Shown: positions 32,034 through 42,689, numbered from the stretch's first letter. The stretch: 64,000 bases of DNA from an uncultured cyanobacterium (GCA_963710605.1 CAVQBA010000004.1:1056001-1120000), one strand, 5' to 3'. Translations and numbers: made by a program. Notes: generated by a model from the sequence alone, not told the origin.

Positions 32034-33359
32034 ATGTTTTTTCCTAACTTAAATTACCGTCAAAATAGGTGGCGTATTTGTATAACTTGGTTTCTTACAG
32101 GTTTACTAACAGCTTTATTAATTAGTTGTGGTACTTCTACATCCTCAAATAGTAACGAAGTTGAGTTTTGGACGATGCAACTTCAACCAAAATTTAACAG
32201 TTATTTTCAGTCATTAAATGAAGATTTTGAAACGAGTAATGCAGAAAGTAAAGTACGTTGGGTTGATGTACCTTGGAATGCGATGGAAAGTAAAATATTA
32301 ACGGCAGTATCAGCTAAAACTGCTCCTGATGTGGTTAATCTCAATCCTACTTTTGCCACTCAATTAGCTACTCGTAATGCTTGGTTAAACTTAAACACAG
32401 AAATTCCGCCTGAAGTACAAGAGCAATATTTACCCAAAATTTGGCAAGCGAATAAATTAGAAGTTTGTCAAAGTGAAACACAATGTGAAGAGACGACTTT
32501 TGGCATTCCTTGGTATCTAACCACAACAATAACTGTTTATAATCAAGAATTATTTAATCAAGCTGGTATAAATCAACCACCACAAACTTACCAAGATTTG
32601 GCAATTGTAGCTAAGGAGATGAAAGAAAAAACGGGTAAATACGCTTTTTTTGTTCCTTTAGTAACGAATGATTCTAGTGAAGTTTTACAATCTTTTGTGC
32701 AGATGGGAGCGAGTTTGGTTGATGAAGCGGGCAAGGCGGCATTTAATTCACCAGAAGGTATTGAAGTATATAATTATTGGGTAAATCTCTACAAACAGGG
32801 TTTATTGCCCCCTGAGGTGATGACACAAGGGCATCGTCATGCGATCGAATTATATCAAGCAGGGGAGTTAGCTTTACTTGGCACAGGGGCGGAATTTTTA
32901 AAAACTATTGCTAACAATGCACCGACTATTTATGAGCAATCCGCAGTCAGCCAACAAATTACAGGGGAAACAGGTAAAAGAAATGTGGCTGTGATGAATC
33001 TAGTTATTCCTCGTGATACTGATAAAGCTAATGAAGCAATTAAATATGCTTTGTTTGTCACTAATTCAGAAAATCAATTGAATTTTTCAACTGAAGCTAA
33101 TGTTTTACCTTCCCATACTCAGGCGGTAGCTCAATATATTAGTAATCTAGAAGCTGATGATAGTCAAGATTTGTTGACAGAAGCCAGAAAAATTAGTGCT
33201 TTGCAATTAGATAGTGCTGAAGTTTTAATTCCACCGATGAAAGATATTAATCAACTTAAAAAAATTATCTATGAAAGTTTACAAGAAGCGATGTTAGATG
33301 AAAAAACTGTCTCTGAAGCGATCGCGCAAGCTGAGCAAAAATGGAACGAGAATAATTGA
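32034..33359 (+). CDS. Sugar ABC transporter substrate-binding lipoprotein
   Basis: Lipobox LISC; FWTMQL, WVDVPW, APDVVNLN and GIPWY motifs; start uncertain. Confidence 0.88.
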   Translation: MFFPNLNYRQNRWRICITWFLTGLLTALLISCGTSTSSNSNEVEFWTMQLQPKFNSYFQSLNEDFETSNAESKVRWVDVPWNAMESKILTAVSAKTAPDVVNLNPTFATQLATRNAWLNLNTEIPPEVQEQYLPKIWQANKLEVCQSETQCEETTFGIPWYLTTTITVYNQELFNQAGINQPPQTYQDLAIVAKEMKEKTGKYAFFVPLVTNDSSEVLQSFVQMGASLVDEAGKAAFNSPEGIEVYNYWVNLYKQGLLPPEVMTQGHRHAIELYQAGELALLGTGAEFLKTIANNAPTIYEQSAVSQQITGETGKRNVAVMNLVIPRDTDKANEAIKYALFVTNSENQLNFSTEANVLPSHTQAVAQYISNLEADDSQDLLTEARKISALQLDSAEVLIPPMKDINQLKKIIYESLQEAMLDEKTVSEAIAQAEQKWNENN

Positions 33360-33494
33360 TAATGGACAATTGACAATTGACAATTACGATCGAAATGACT
33401 AGTTTTTTTCTTACACCTCATCTTCAGTATCAGGATTTAGAGGATTTAGTGATTACAGGATTTTGATATTTTTGATTCAATTGTCGATTAGTAT

Positions 33495-33779
33495 ATAGCA
33501 ATTATCAGTATCATGAAACACAGACTAATCCCCCGCACATCCCCCTTAGAAAAGGGGAGGGCTGTTTCATTCTCGTTAGCCGTAAATAGCTAGAAGCTAT
33601 TACTACAAAACGATCGATTGATTTGGTTACATTGTATTTTTACTATTAGGAAAAAACTGCGATCCATTTACTGCTATTTCTTAGTTCTAAAAATGACAAA
33701 ATTTAAGAATGAATCAGCCCGGCTTAGAAAAGGGGACTTACTAATCTTAACTGTACTTCTTAACGATGATAAACGCTAT
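33495..33779. mobile_element. Outer ATAGC-ended miniature element (imperfect TIRs) carrying a hairpin repeat and a nested MITE
   Basis: ATAGCAATTATCA at the left end versus reverse complement ATAGCGTTTATCA at the right end. Confidence 0.45.
33557..33722. mobile_element. MITE with ISAs1-type terminal inverted repeats, copy 1
   Basis: TIRs GAGGGCTGTTTCATTC / GAATGAATCAGCCCGG; 12-bp target duplication CTTAGAAAAGGG; interior homologous to 62676-62883. Confidence 0.85.
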
Positions 33780-33823
33780 GAATTTATTATCAATTTTTTA
33801 ATTTGAGTAAGAAATATCAATGA

Positions 33824-34477
33824 TTAATTAGCAAATAATTGATCCCAGTTTTTCTGGGGGGCATCTGGTTGAGCAACTATCTCTAAAATTTGGTTATTAG
33901 TTTCGGGATGAAAAAGAGATTCCACACAAACTTGAGCGACTTTAGTACGAGGAATTGAGCCTTCAAACAACGTATCTGCACTACTAACAACTATGGGATA
34001 TTGATTGTCTTCGTTTTTCAAACCCGCAGGGCGAACAATTGTATAATTTAAACCACTACTTAGTAAATATTCTTCTGCTTGTTTTTTCCAAAACAAAATT
34101 AAACCAAATAAGTTGAGCGGATGAAAAAACTTAGATACACATAAGGAAGTTACAAAGACAAATTTATCAATTTGCTTATCTTTAGCGACGTTAATTAAAT
34201 TTTTTGTTCCTTCACAATCTACTTTATAGGGGGCGGTCAAATCTATACTAGGAGTTGCTCCTGTTGCACAAATTACAATATTGCAATCGGCGATCGCACT
34301 TGATAAAGATTGAGGTTGCAACACATCCCCTATCACTAATTCGACTTGAGTTGGTAAAACTTCCTTTGCTTTGGTTTCGTCTCTGACTAATGCTCTTACT
34401 TCTATATTACGATCGACTAATTCAGTTACAATCCTTCTTCCTGTTTGCCCCGTTGCACCTGCTACAAATACTTTCAT
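33824..34477 (-). CDS. NAD(P)H-binding atypical SDR/NmrA-like protein
   Basis: VFVAGATGQTG, VTSLCVS..FHPLNLF and YTIVRP motifs. Confidence 0.9.
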   Translation of the reverse strand: MKVFVAGATGQTGRRIVTELVDRNIEVRALVRDETKAKEVLPTQVELVIGDVLQPQSLSSAIADCNIVICATGATPSIDLTAPYKVDCEGTKNLINVAKDKQIDKFVFVTSLCVSKFFHPLNLFGLILFWKKQAEEYLLSSGLNYTIVRPAGLKNEDNQYPIVVSSADTLFEGSIPRTKVAQVCVESLFHPETNNQILEIVAQPDAPQKNWDQLFAN

Positions 34478-34511
34478 TTTTTTGATTAGATTTATTACTG
34501 TATCTCTTTAT

Positions 34512-34529
34512 TTTACAAAACTTTACAAT
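34512..34529. promoter_or_regulatory. HLR1 (RpaB-binding) direct repeat
   Basis: TTTACAAA-ac-TTTACAAT fits (G/T)TTACA(T/A)(T/A)-N2 repeat; lies between divergent genes. Confidence 0.55.
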
Positions 34530-34671
34530 AATTTTACGAAGAGAATAATTACCGATTGTTTACCAATTAGTATTGAATACATAGATATATCTAATTATTA
34601 ATTATTCATTATTCATTATTGATTGTTCGTTATACTGATACAAAAACAAAAACGATATATTTCACCAACTA

Positions 34672-37260
34672 TTGACGATGAACCAAAACTACTATCTTGA
34701 TGCAGAGCCGAAAAAAAGTTTTGAATTACCTGGTGCTACACCTCATTATAATCCCGATCGTTACGGACAGGTTAAACACATCTGTCTTGATTTAGAGTTA
34801 GACATCAAAAAGCAAAGTTTTCAAGGTAGTTGTGCCATTACTCTCACTCCAGTCAGAAAAGATATTAGCAAATTAATATTAGATGCAGTCGATTTAGAAA
34901 TTGAATCGATATTAGTTGACAATATCAGTCAGCCTTTTACTTATGATGGAAATATATTAACGATTAATCTGCTTCAACCTACAACCACAGAAGATATTAC
35001 GATCGATATTTCTTATAGTAAAGAAAATCCTCAAAGAGGTTTATATTTTATCGCCCCTGATGAGAATTATCCTAACAAACCGACTCAAGTATGGACGCAA
35101 GGAGAAGATGAAGACTCTCGTTATTGGTTTCCTTGTTTTGATTACCCTGGGCAATTAGCTACTTCCGAAATTAAAGTAAAAGTACCTTCAGAATATACCG
35201 CTATTTCTAACGGTAGATTAGTAGAAGTAAAAAAAGGCAAACATAACAATACTTACCATTGGTTACAACCTCAAGTACATCCTACTTATTTGATGACTTT
35301 AGCTGTGGGTAAATTTGCGGTGATTGAAGACGAATGGAATGATATACCCGTGACTTATTATGTGGAAAAAGGTAAAGAAACCGAAGCTCAAATTAGTATG
35401 GGCAAAACACCACAAATGATCGAGTTTTTTAGCGAAAAATATGGTTATGCATATCCTTACCCTAAATACGCTCAAGTTTGTGTTGATGATTTTATTTTCG
35501 GTGGGATGGAGAACACTTCTACTACGTTGTTAACCGATCGTTGTTTGTTAGACGAAAAGGCTTCTATTGATAATCGTACAACCGAGAGTTTAGTAGCTCA
35601 TGAGTTAGCCCATCAATGGTTTGGTGATTTAGTAGTTATTAAACATTGGAGTCATGCTTGGATAAAAGAAGGTGCGGCTTCTTATGCTGAGGTACAATGG
35701 ACTGAGCATGAATATGGCGAAGATGAGGCGGCTTATTATTTACTAAGGGAAGCCAGAAGTTATTTACTGGAAGATTCTTCTCGTTATCGTCGTCCGATTG
35801 TAACTAATATTTACCGAGAAGCGATCGAATTATACGATCGACATTTATACGAAAAAGGTGCTTGTGTTTATCACATGATGCGGGGTATCTTAGGTGATGA
35901 GTTATTTGACAAAGCGATTCATACTTTTGTCAATGAGAATGCTCATAAAACCGTTGAGACAATTGATTTATTAAGAGCGATCGAAAAAAGTACTGGTTAT
36001 AATTTATCTCCTTTATTTGACCAATATGTCTTCCGTGGCGGACATCCTGATTTTAGCATTAGTTACAGTTGGGATGCTGATTCTAATCTAGCTTGTGTCA
36101 AAGTTAAACAAACTCAAGCCCAAGAAGAAGACGGTAAATTTAAAGATTTATTTAATCTCAAAGCACCTTTAGGTTTTGGTTATGTCAAAAAAGATAAAAA
36201 AGCGAAGCTAAATACAGTAACCTTAAAACTAAATCAACCTGAGCAAACATTTTATTTTTCCTTAGAAGAAAAACCAGACTTTATTAGTTTTGATGTCGGT
36301 AATTATTGTTTAAAAACTGTAAAATTAGAATACGGTTTTAGTGAATTAAAATCTCAACTTATACATGATCCTGACCCTATATCTCGTATTTATGCGGCGA
36401 TCGCCCTTGGGAAAAAAGGTAACTTAGAAACAATTAAAACCTTTAAAAAAGCTCTCAAAAAAGAAAAATTTTGGGGTGTAAAAGTAGAGATAATTAAACA
36501 GTTAGGAAAAATAAAACTTAATCAAGCAAAAGACGTTTTAATCGCTAATCTCAAAGACAAAAATCATACTGTCAGAAGGGCGGTTGTGGAAGCTTTAACT
36601 AACCACAAAACTATTGAGACTTATGAGGCATTGCACAAAATAGTAACAGATGGTGATGATAGTTATTATGTAGAAGCATCTGCTATCAGAGGTTTGACTA
36701 AAGTTATCACTTCTAATTTAGAAGAAAAGAAAACAGAAACGATCGAATTATTAGCCAAAATTTTAGAGGAAAAAAGTGGTTGGAATGAAATGATTCGCTC
36801 AGGTGCATTACAAGGGTTGAGTCAACTCAAAACCTCACCTGAAGCCGCAGAAATTATCATTAAATACACAAAAGTAGGCACTCCTCAACCATTACGCTTA
36901 AATGCAATTCGTTGTTTAGGTGCAGTGAGTCAAGGGCAAAAACCAGAGCAGTTAACTACCATTCTAGATACTTTCAATTCTTTCCTACCCGAAACTTTCT
37001 TTTTGACTCAAATTTCATTTATTGGCGGTGTATCGCAAATAGAAGACGCTAGAGCGATCGCTCTATTACAAAATTTAGCCGATACCACCCCCGATGGTAG
37101 AGTTAAACGTCGTGCCGAGGAAGCGGTTAATAAAGTCAGAAAGAAACTTAATAAAAATGGTAATTTAGAGGAATTGCAAACCCAACTTGATAAACTAAAA
37201 CAAGAAAATCAAGATTTACAAAGTCGGATTGCGAAGTTAGAAGAAACAGATTCAGGCTAA
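34672..37260 (+). CDS. pepN: M1 family aminopeptidase with HEAT-repeat C-terminus
   Basis: GGMEN, HELAHQWFG...W.KEG zinc motif and YEKG; HEAT-like repeats and terminal coiled coil. Confidence 0.9.
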   Translation: MTMNQNYYLDAEPKKSFELPGATPHYNPDRYGQVKHICLDLELDIKKQSFQGSCAITLTPVRKDISKLILDAVDLEIESILVDNISQPFTYDGNILTINLLQPTTTEDITIDISYSKENPQRGLYFIAPDENYPNKPTQVWTQGEDEDSRYWFPCFDYPGQLATSEIKVKVPSEYTAISNGRLVEVKKGKHNNTYHWLQPQVHPTYLMTLAVGKFAVIEDEWNDIPVTYYVEKGKETEAQISMGKTPQMIEFFSEKYGYAYPYPKYAQVCVDDFIFGGMENTSTTLLTDRCLLDEKASIDNRTTESLVAHELAHQWFGDLVVIKHWSHAWIKEGAASYAEVQWTEHEYGEDEAAYYLLREARSYLLEDSSRYRRPIVTNIYREAIELYDRHLYEKGACVYHMMRGILGDELFDKAIHTFVNENAHKTVETIDLLRAIEKSTGYNLSPLFDQYVFRGGHPDFSISYSWDADSNLACVKVKQTQAQEEDGKFKDLFNLKAPLGFGYVKKDKKAKLNTVTLKLNQPEQTFYFSLEEKPDFISFDVGNYCLKTVKLEYGFSELKSQLIHDPDPISRIYAAIALGKKGNLETIKTFKKALKKEKFWGVKVEIIKQLGKIKLNQAKDVLIANLKDKNHTVRRAVVEALTNHKTIETYEALHKIVTDGDDSYYVEASAIRGLTKVITSNLEEKKTETIELLAKILEEKSGWNEMIRSGALQGLSQLKTSPEAAEIIIKYTKVGTPQPLRLNAIRCLGAVSQGQKPEQLTTILDTFNSFLPETFFLTQISFIGGVSQIEDARAIALLQNLADTTPDGRVKRRAEEAVNKVRKKLNKNGNLEELQTQLDKLKQENQDLQSRIAKLEETDSG

Positions 37261-37553
37261 CTCATCTGACAATTAGCTATTTTTTTAGAGTTATCTTCAA
37301 TTAATTCTCTGTGATTGAGCCATAGTTGATTTAATTCAGATTGATTTTTTAAAATATAGCTAAATGAATTTATAACTGCACTTTTTATGTCGATTGAATT
37401 CTCCTCTTTGTAAGGGGAGATGCAAGAGGGGTTGGCGAAAGTAGAAGTAATCACAAATTCATTCGGCTATCGCTATTACCTCTAAGATTGTGGTGAAGCA
37501 TAACTAATCACTAAAATACTCAAAATCTTCCATTTTCCGAAGATAAAATCACC

Positions 37554-37568
37554 ATGCGATAATTGCAT
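37554..37568 (+). promoter_or_regulatory. NtcB (LysR-type) binding site
   Basis: ATGC-gataatt-GCAT (ATGC-N7-GCAT) upstream of the NtcA site of nirA. Confidence 0.7.
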
Positions 37569-37605
37569 CATCCTGATGTATATTATTAACGAAAATTGAA
37601 CTTTA

Positions 37606-37646
37606 GTAGTCCAAGTTACAAAAAATTAGCCTAAGCACTTTATAGT
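37606..37646 (+). promoter_or_regulatory. NtcA-activated promoter of nirA
   Basis: GTA-gtccaagt-TAC (37606-19), then 21 nt, then -10 box TATAGT (37641-46). Confidence 0.85.
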
Positions 37647-37757
37647 CTTAATGGTATGTAGGTAAATCGATCGTTACATATTTACTAAAAAATTAATATT
37701 GAGACATTAATATTCATATAGTTAATTTATTAAAAAAATCAAGAGGTTAGAGAGAGT

Positions 37758-39308
37758 ATGACCGTCGCCAGTGATCAAAAAAAATTTAAAATTAATAAAA
37801 TTGAAAAAATAAAACAAGCCAAACATGGCTTAGATGTCAAAGAAGAAATAGAAAAATTTGCTGAAATTGGTTGGGAAGCGATGGATGAAGATGATTTAGT
37901 TCATCGTTTAAAATGGTTAGGTGTTTTTCATCGCCCTGTAACTCCCGGACAATTTATGTTACGTTTGCGTACACCCAATGGAATATTAAGTAGTGAGCAA
38001 TTACGTGCTTTTGCTGATATCATTCAACGTTACGGTGATGATGGTGCGGCGGATATTACCACACGTCAAAACATTCAATTAAGAGGGATTCACATTGAAG
38101 ATGTTCCCGAAATTTTTGCCAAACTAGACACAGTTGGTATGACTTCGATTCAGTCAGGAATGGATAACGTTCGTAATTTAACAGGTTCTCCAGTAGCAGG
38201 AATTGACCCTGAAGAGTATTTTGATACTAGAGAATTGAATTACAAGTTACAAGACTTGATCACTAATAATGGCAAAGGCAACTACAAATTAAGTGATTTA
38301 CCTCGTAAGTTTAATATAGCGATCGATGGAGCGCCAGACAACTCTATCCATGCTGAATTAAATGACATTGCTTTTATTCCTGCATTTAAAGATGGTGAAT
38401 TTGGTTTTAATGTACTTGTAGGTGGTTTTCTCTCTGCCCAACGTTGTGCTGAAGCAATTCCGATGGGTGTTTGGGTAAATGCTAATGATGAAGTAGTGGA
38501 ATTAGGTTTAGCTATTCTAAAAGTTTATACTGAAAATGGCTTAACTGAAGGATTAAGAGCGAATCGAGGCAAATCTCGTCTGATGTGGTTGATTGATACA
38601 TGGGGAATCGAAAAATTCCGTGATGAGATTGCAACTGAATTAGGATATGAGTTGAAATCGGCGGCAACTAAACACGCCATGACTATGGATAAACGTGATC
38701 ATTTAGGTGTTTATCCTCAAATACAAGACGGTTATAGTTATGTTGGTATTCATGTGCCAGTAGGACATTTACAAGCTGAAGACTTATTTGAAGTAGCTCG
38801 TTTAGCTGAAGTTTATGGTACAAGTGAAATTAGGGCTACCGTTGAGCAGAATTTTATTATTCCTCATGTTGCTAATGATAAAATTGAGGCATTATTAGCT
38901 GAACCTTTATTAGAACGTTTTACGATCGCACCTAATACTTTAAATCGTTCTTTAATCTCTTGTACAGGCTCTCGTTATTGTAATTTTGCCTTAATTGAAA
39001 CCAAACAAAGAGCCGAAAAACTAGCAAGAGAATTAGATGCGGAGTTGAATATACCCGATCGAGTACGTATTCACTGGACAGGTTGCCCAAACTCTTGCGG
39101 ACAGGCTCAAGCAGGTGATATTGGTTTGATGGGTACAAAAGCCAAAAAAGATGGTAAAGTCACCGAAGGGGTAAAACTATTCACAGGTGGAAAAGTTGGT
39201 AAAGAAGCTAGTTTAGGTACTCTCAAAGAAAAAAGTATTGCCTGTGATGATCTTAAACCAATTTTGAAAGATTTACTTATTTCTGAATACGGTGCAACAG
39301 CTAGATAG
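37758..39308 (+). CDS. nirA: Ferredoxin-nitrite reductase
   Basis: NKIEKIK, FMLRLR, ITTRQNIQ, SGMDNVRN, LPRKFN, SCTG..YC and HWTGCPNSC siroheme/4Fe-4S motifs. Confidence 0.97.
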   Translation: MTVASDQKKFKINKIEKIKQAKHGLDVKEEIEKFAEIGWEAMDEDDLVHRLKWLGVFHRPVTPGQFMLRLRTPNGILSSEQLRAFADIIQRYGDDGAADITTRQNIQLRGIHIEDVPEIFAKLDTVGMTSIQSGMDNVRNLTGSPVAGIDPEEYFDTRELNYKLQDLITNNGKGNYKLSDLPRKFNIAIDGAPDNSIHAELNDIAFIPAFKDGEFGFNVLVGGFLSAQRCAEAIPMGVWVNANDEVVELGLAILKVYTENGLTEGLRANRGKSRLMWLIDTWGIEKFRDEIATELGYELKSAATKHAMTMDKRDHLGVYPQIQDGYSYVGIHVPVGHLQAEDLFEVARLAEVYGTSEIRATVEQNFIIPHVANDKIEALLAEPLLERFTIAPNTLNRSLISCTGSRYCNFALIETKQRAEKLARELDAELNIPDRVRIHWTGCPNSCGQAQAGDIGLMGTKAKKDGKVTEGVKLFTGGKVGKEASLGTLKEKSIACDDLKPILKDLLISEYGATAR

Positions 39309-39574
39309 TTAAGAGTTAAGAGTTAAGAGTTAAGATTTTAGTTTTTCTTTCTCTTTATCTGTTTAAACCACCCCTAACCCGTTTTTTTAAATACCTTTAC
39401 CTGAGTGAAGACTGAAGTCTTTCTTCATCGGTTTAAACCACCCCTAACCCCTCCTTTAAAGGAGGGGAATTTATTTCGGGAATGTTTTATTTAATAAGCT
39501 TATTATCTGTTATTTGTATAAGTACCGATCGCTATATAATGAGAAGATTAATCAGACCTTTAAGTTAATTATTT

Positions 39575-40510
39575 ATGCGTATTTTGATAATGGGGGGGAC
39601 TCGTTTTATAGGTGTTTCTCTAACTAAAATTTTAGTTGCTCAAGGACACGATGTCGTTCTTTTTAATCGTGGTAACAAATCAGCACCCGTAGAAGGAATT
39701 AGCCAAATACATGGCGATCGAAAAAACGCATCTGAGTTAAAACAGAAGTTAGCAAAAGAAAACTTTGACGTTATCTTTGATAATAATGGTCGAGAATTAG
39801 CCGATACGCAACCATTAGTTGAATTATTTAACGGTAAAATTAAACATTTTGTCTATGTTAGCTCAGCAGGAGTCTATTTACCTTCAGCTCAAATGCCCCA
39901 TATAGAAGGAGATAAAGTCGATCCAAATAGTCGTCATAAAGGTAAATTTGCCACTGAAGATTATTTAAAAGAGCAAAACGTACCATTTACTTCCATTCGC
40001 CCTGTTTATATTTATGGTGCGGGGAATTATAATGATTTAGAAGCGTGGTTTTTCGATCGATTAGTTAGAGATAAACCTATTTTAATCCCTTCAGGTGGTA
40101 TGCACTTTACTCAACTTGGTCATGTTGAAGATTTAGCCCAAGCGATGGCGGCAGTAATTGGTAATGAAAAAGCGATCGGACAAATTTATAACATATCAGG
40201 CGATCGTTATGTTACATTTACCGGATTAGCAAAGTCTTGTGCCGAGGCTGTCGGTAAAAATCCAGACGAGATTGAGATAAAATATTATGAGCCTAAATCC
40301 TTTGATTTTGGTAAGAAAAAAGCCTTCCCCATGAGAGTACAACACTTTTTTGCCGATATAAATAAAGCGAAAAATGAATTAGATTGGCAACCAAAATATG
40401 ATTTAGTTTCTGGCTTAAAAGATTCCTATCAAAATGGTTATCTAGTTGAAGGCGGAGATAAAAAAGAAATTGACTTTAGTTTAGATGAAGAAATTTTAAC
40501 TAAAATATAA
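39575..40510 (+). CDS. NAD-dependent epimerase/dehydratase (CSP41b-like)
   Basis: MGGTRFIG, FNRG, DNNGRE, SSAGVY and GKKKAFPMR motifs. Confidence 0.9.
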   Translation: MRILIMGGTRFIGVSLTKILVAQGHDVVLFNRGNKSAPVEGISQIHGDRKNASELKQKLAKENFDVIFDNNGRELADTQPLVELFNGKIKHFVYVSSAGVYLPSAQMPHIEGDKVDPNSRHKGKFATEDYLKEQNVPFTSIRPVYIYGAGNYNDLEAWFFDRLVRDKPILIPSGGMHFTQLGHVEDLAQAMAAVIGNEKAIGQIYNISGDRYVTFTGLAKSCAEAVGKNPDEIEIKYYEPKSFDFGKKKAFPMRVQHFFADINKAKNELDWQPKYDLVSGLKDSYQNGYLVEGGDKKEIDFSLDEEILTKI

Positions 40511-40790
40511 TTGAGACATCGCCTTATATAGTAATTTCAAATAAAAACCAAGCATTTTAATGTAGGGGTGCAAGGTTTGCACCCGTTGGTATAGTCATTT
40601 AAGAAAAGAATTGAGACAGTAATAATAATCTTAAAAATATCACTCAAAAACCCGTCTTAGGTATAAATTACATAACAATAACAATTATCAACTTTCATGG
40701 CTAAATAGGGAACAAGATTGACCTTTTGTTGTTCAATAGAAGTTATAAGCCTGATCAAATTGATTTTTTTATTTAAAAATTATTATCCCC

Positions 40791-42650
40791 ATGAAACTGA
40801 ATACACCATTTAAGTTATTCTTGTTGTGCTTTTTTTTTGCATCCTTTAATGTGGTGATGGAAACGAATTATCCTCAAATAATGGCTCAATCACAGGAAAA
40901 AACGATCGCCTCAAATACTGAATTAAAAATCATTAATCAAGGCAAACAAGTTTTAGTGAATGGTAAAAAAGAAAATTTAGCTTGGATACAGTGGCAAGAA
41001 GGAAAAACTATCCGCACAGGTGTTAGTGACATGGGGGCAGAAGAAGTATTAGGGATTGAGTTACTTGGCTCGATTGTACCTAATGAGCAATCTGTACGTT
41101 GGTTTAATTATAGTAGTACTTTAGATACTAAATTTGCTAATCCTTATCGTTATCTAGATTTAACTAATCTAATTCAAAGCACATCATTACAAGCGGTTGT
41201 AGAAGGGCAATTTTTGAATTTAGATATGCCCTCAACTCAAGTAACCCAAGTTTATGAGCAAAAGTCTTTTGATGGTAATAAAAAAGTTGTTATTGAATTA
41301 GATCAACCTAGTTTCTTTAAAGTCAGTCAAGGAAGAAAACAAGGATATATTATTATTAAAGGTAAATATAACCAACCTGTTTTAGATAATTTATTAGATT
41401 TTAATGATCCTGTCAATAATACTCCTTTAGCTGAAGATGAAGAAGGAGATAAAATTATTGGTAATGAAGAAGAAAATATATCTTTATTTAAAGTTACTCC
41501 TAAAGGTGATGAGGAAACAGTAGTAACCGTTAATTTGCCTTTAGGTAGTAATATGAAAGTCACTTCAACTCATCCTAATTTACTGGTAGTTGATTTAAAA
41601 CTTGATGTTGTTACGCCTAGAGAAATTAGTTGGCATGATGATATTCTTCTTAGTCGTCAATATATTCGCCCACTCAATAATCCTGATATTTTTTTAGTTT
41701 CCGCACTTACTTTAAATACACCAAAAAACAATCTTATTCTCCGTCCAATTTTACCTAATTCAGATACAGTAATTGGTGCTTCGCCACTTAAAACGATGGG
41801 TAGTGATTTAAATATTATTGCTGGAATAAATGGTGGTTTTTTTAATCGTAATAATCGCTTACCTTTGGGTAGTATTAAAGATAATAATAATTGGTTATCA
41901 GGACCTATTTTAAATCGTGGAGTGATTGCTTGGGACGATCAAGGTAATTTTAAAATCGATCGTTTACAGTTAGAAGAAGTAGTTACTATCAATAATTCTC
42001 AACGTTTATTTAATAACTATCTCAATAGCGGTTATGTCCAAAAAGGTACAGCTCGTTATACTTCTGCTTGGGGTGAAAATTACACTAGTTTAAGCGATCG
42101 AGAAACAATTTTAGTCATTAAAAATAATCGAGTATTTGATAAAATTATTAGTAATAAAGCTGGAGATACTTCTGTTCAAATTGAACCAAATAGCTATTTA
42201 TTAGTATTAAGAAAAACGCCTGAATTAGCAGAGACAATTAATATTCAAGACCAAATTGAACTAAATAGTTTTACTTTTCCTCGTGAATTTGCCGATTATC
42301 CTTATATGATGGGTGCAGGACCATTACTGGTGTTAAACCGTCAAGTTGTGTTAGATGGAGAAGCCGAAAAATTTAGTAAGGCTTTTAATCAACAAAAAGC
42401 ATCTCGTAGTGCGATCGCAATTAATCAGCAAGGAGAAGTATTATTAGTAGCTGTTCATAATCGAGTTGGTGGTGCAGGACCTAGTTTAAATGAATTAGCT
42501 AATATACTCTTAGAAATGGGAGCAGTTTCGGCTTTAAATTTAGATGGCGGTAGTTCTACACAAATTTATTTAGGTGGGGAGATAATCGATCGTGCTTCGG
42601 CTACGGCGGCAAGGGTAAACAACGGGATAGGTGTGTTTTTGAAAGAATAA
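40791..42650 (+). CDS. Phosphodiester glycosidase (NAGPA-like) family exported protein
   Basis: INGGFFNR, GAGPLL, SRSAI and ALNLDGGSST motifs; signal peptide. Confidence 0.85.
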   Translation: MKLNTPFKLFLLCFFFASFNVVMETNYPQIMAQSQEKTIASNTELKIINQGKQVLVNGKKENLAWIQWQEGKTIRTGVSDMGAEEVLGIELLGSIVPNEQSVRWFNYSSTLDTKFANPYRYLDLTNLIQSTSLQAVVEGQFLNLDMPSTQVTQVYEQKSFDGNKKVVIELDQPSFFKVSQGRKQGYIIIKGKYNQPVLDNLLDFNDPVNNTPLAEDEEGDKIIGNEEENISLFKVTPKGDEETVVTVNLPLGSNMKVTSTHPNLLVVDLKLDVVTPREISWHDDILLSRQYIRPLNNPDIFLVSALTLNTPKNNLILRPILPNSDTVIGASPLKTMGSDLNIIAGINGGFFNRNNRLPLGSIKDNNNWLSGPILNRGVIAWDDQGNFKIDRLQLEEVVTINNSQRLFNNYLNSGYVQKGTARYTSAWGENYTSLSDRETILVIKNNRVFDKIISNKAGDTSVQIEPNSYLLVLRKTPELAETINIQDQIELNSFTFPREFADYPYMMGAGPLLVLNRQVVLDGEAEKFSKAFNQQKASRSAIAINQQGEVLLVAVHNRVGGAGPSLNELANILLEMGAVSALNLDGGSSTQIYLGGEIIDRASATAARVNNGIGVFLKE

Positions 42651-42689
42651 AAGTCAAAATTTAAGAACATGACGATCGAGAATATTACC

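Noticed and set aside
33618-33806. 62-aa ORF as a transposase remnant
   Set aside because: Chance ORF crossing the MITE end, with no transposase motifs. ORFs 18215-18400 and 51919-52146 likewise look like repeat or AT-rich noise.
37257-37454. 65-aa minus-strand ORF between pepN and nirA
   Set aside because: No recognisable motif or RBS; cannot be supported or excluded.
37656-37679. Second NtcA site upstream of nirA
   Set aside because: GTA-TAC spacing is 10 rather than 8.
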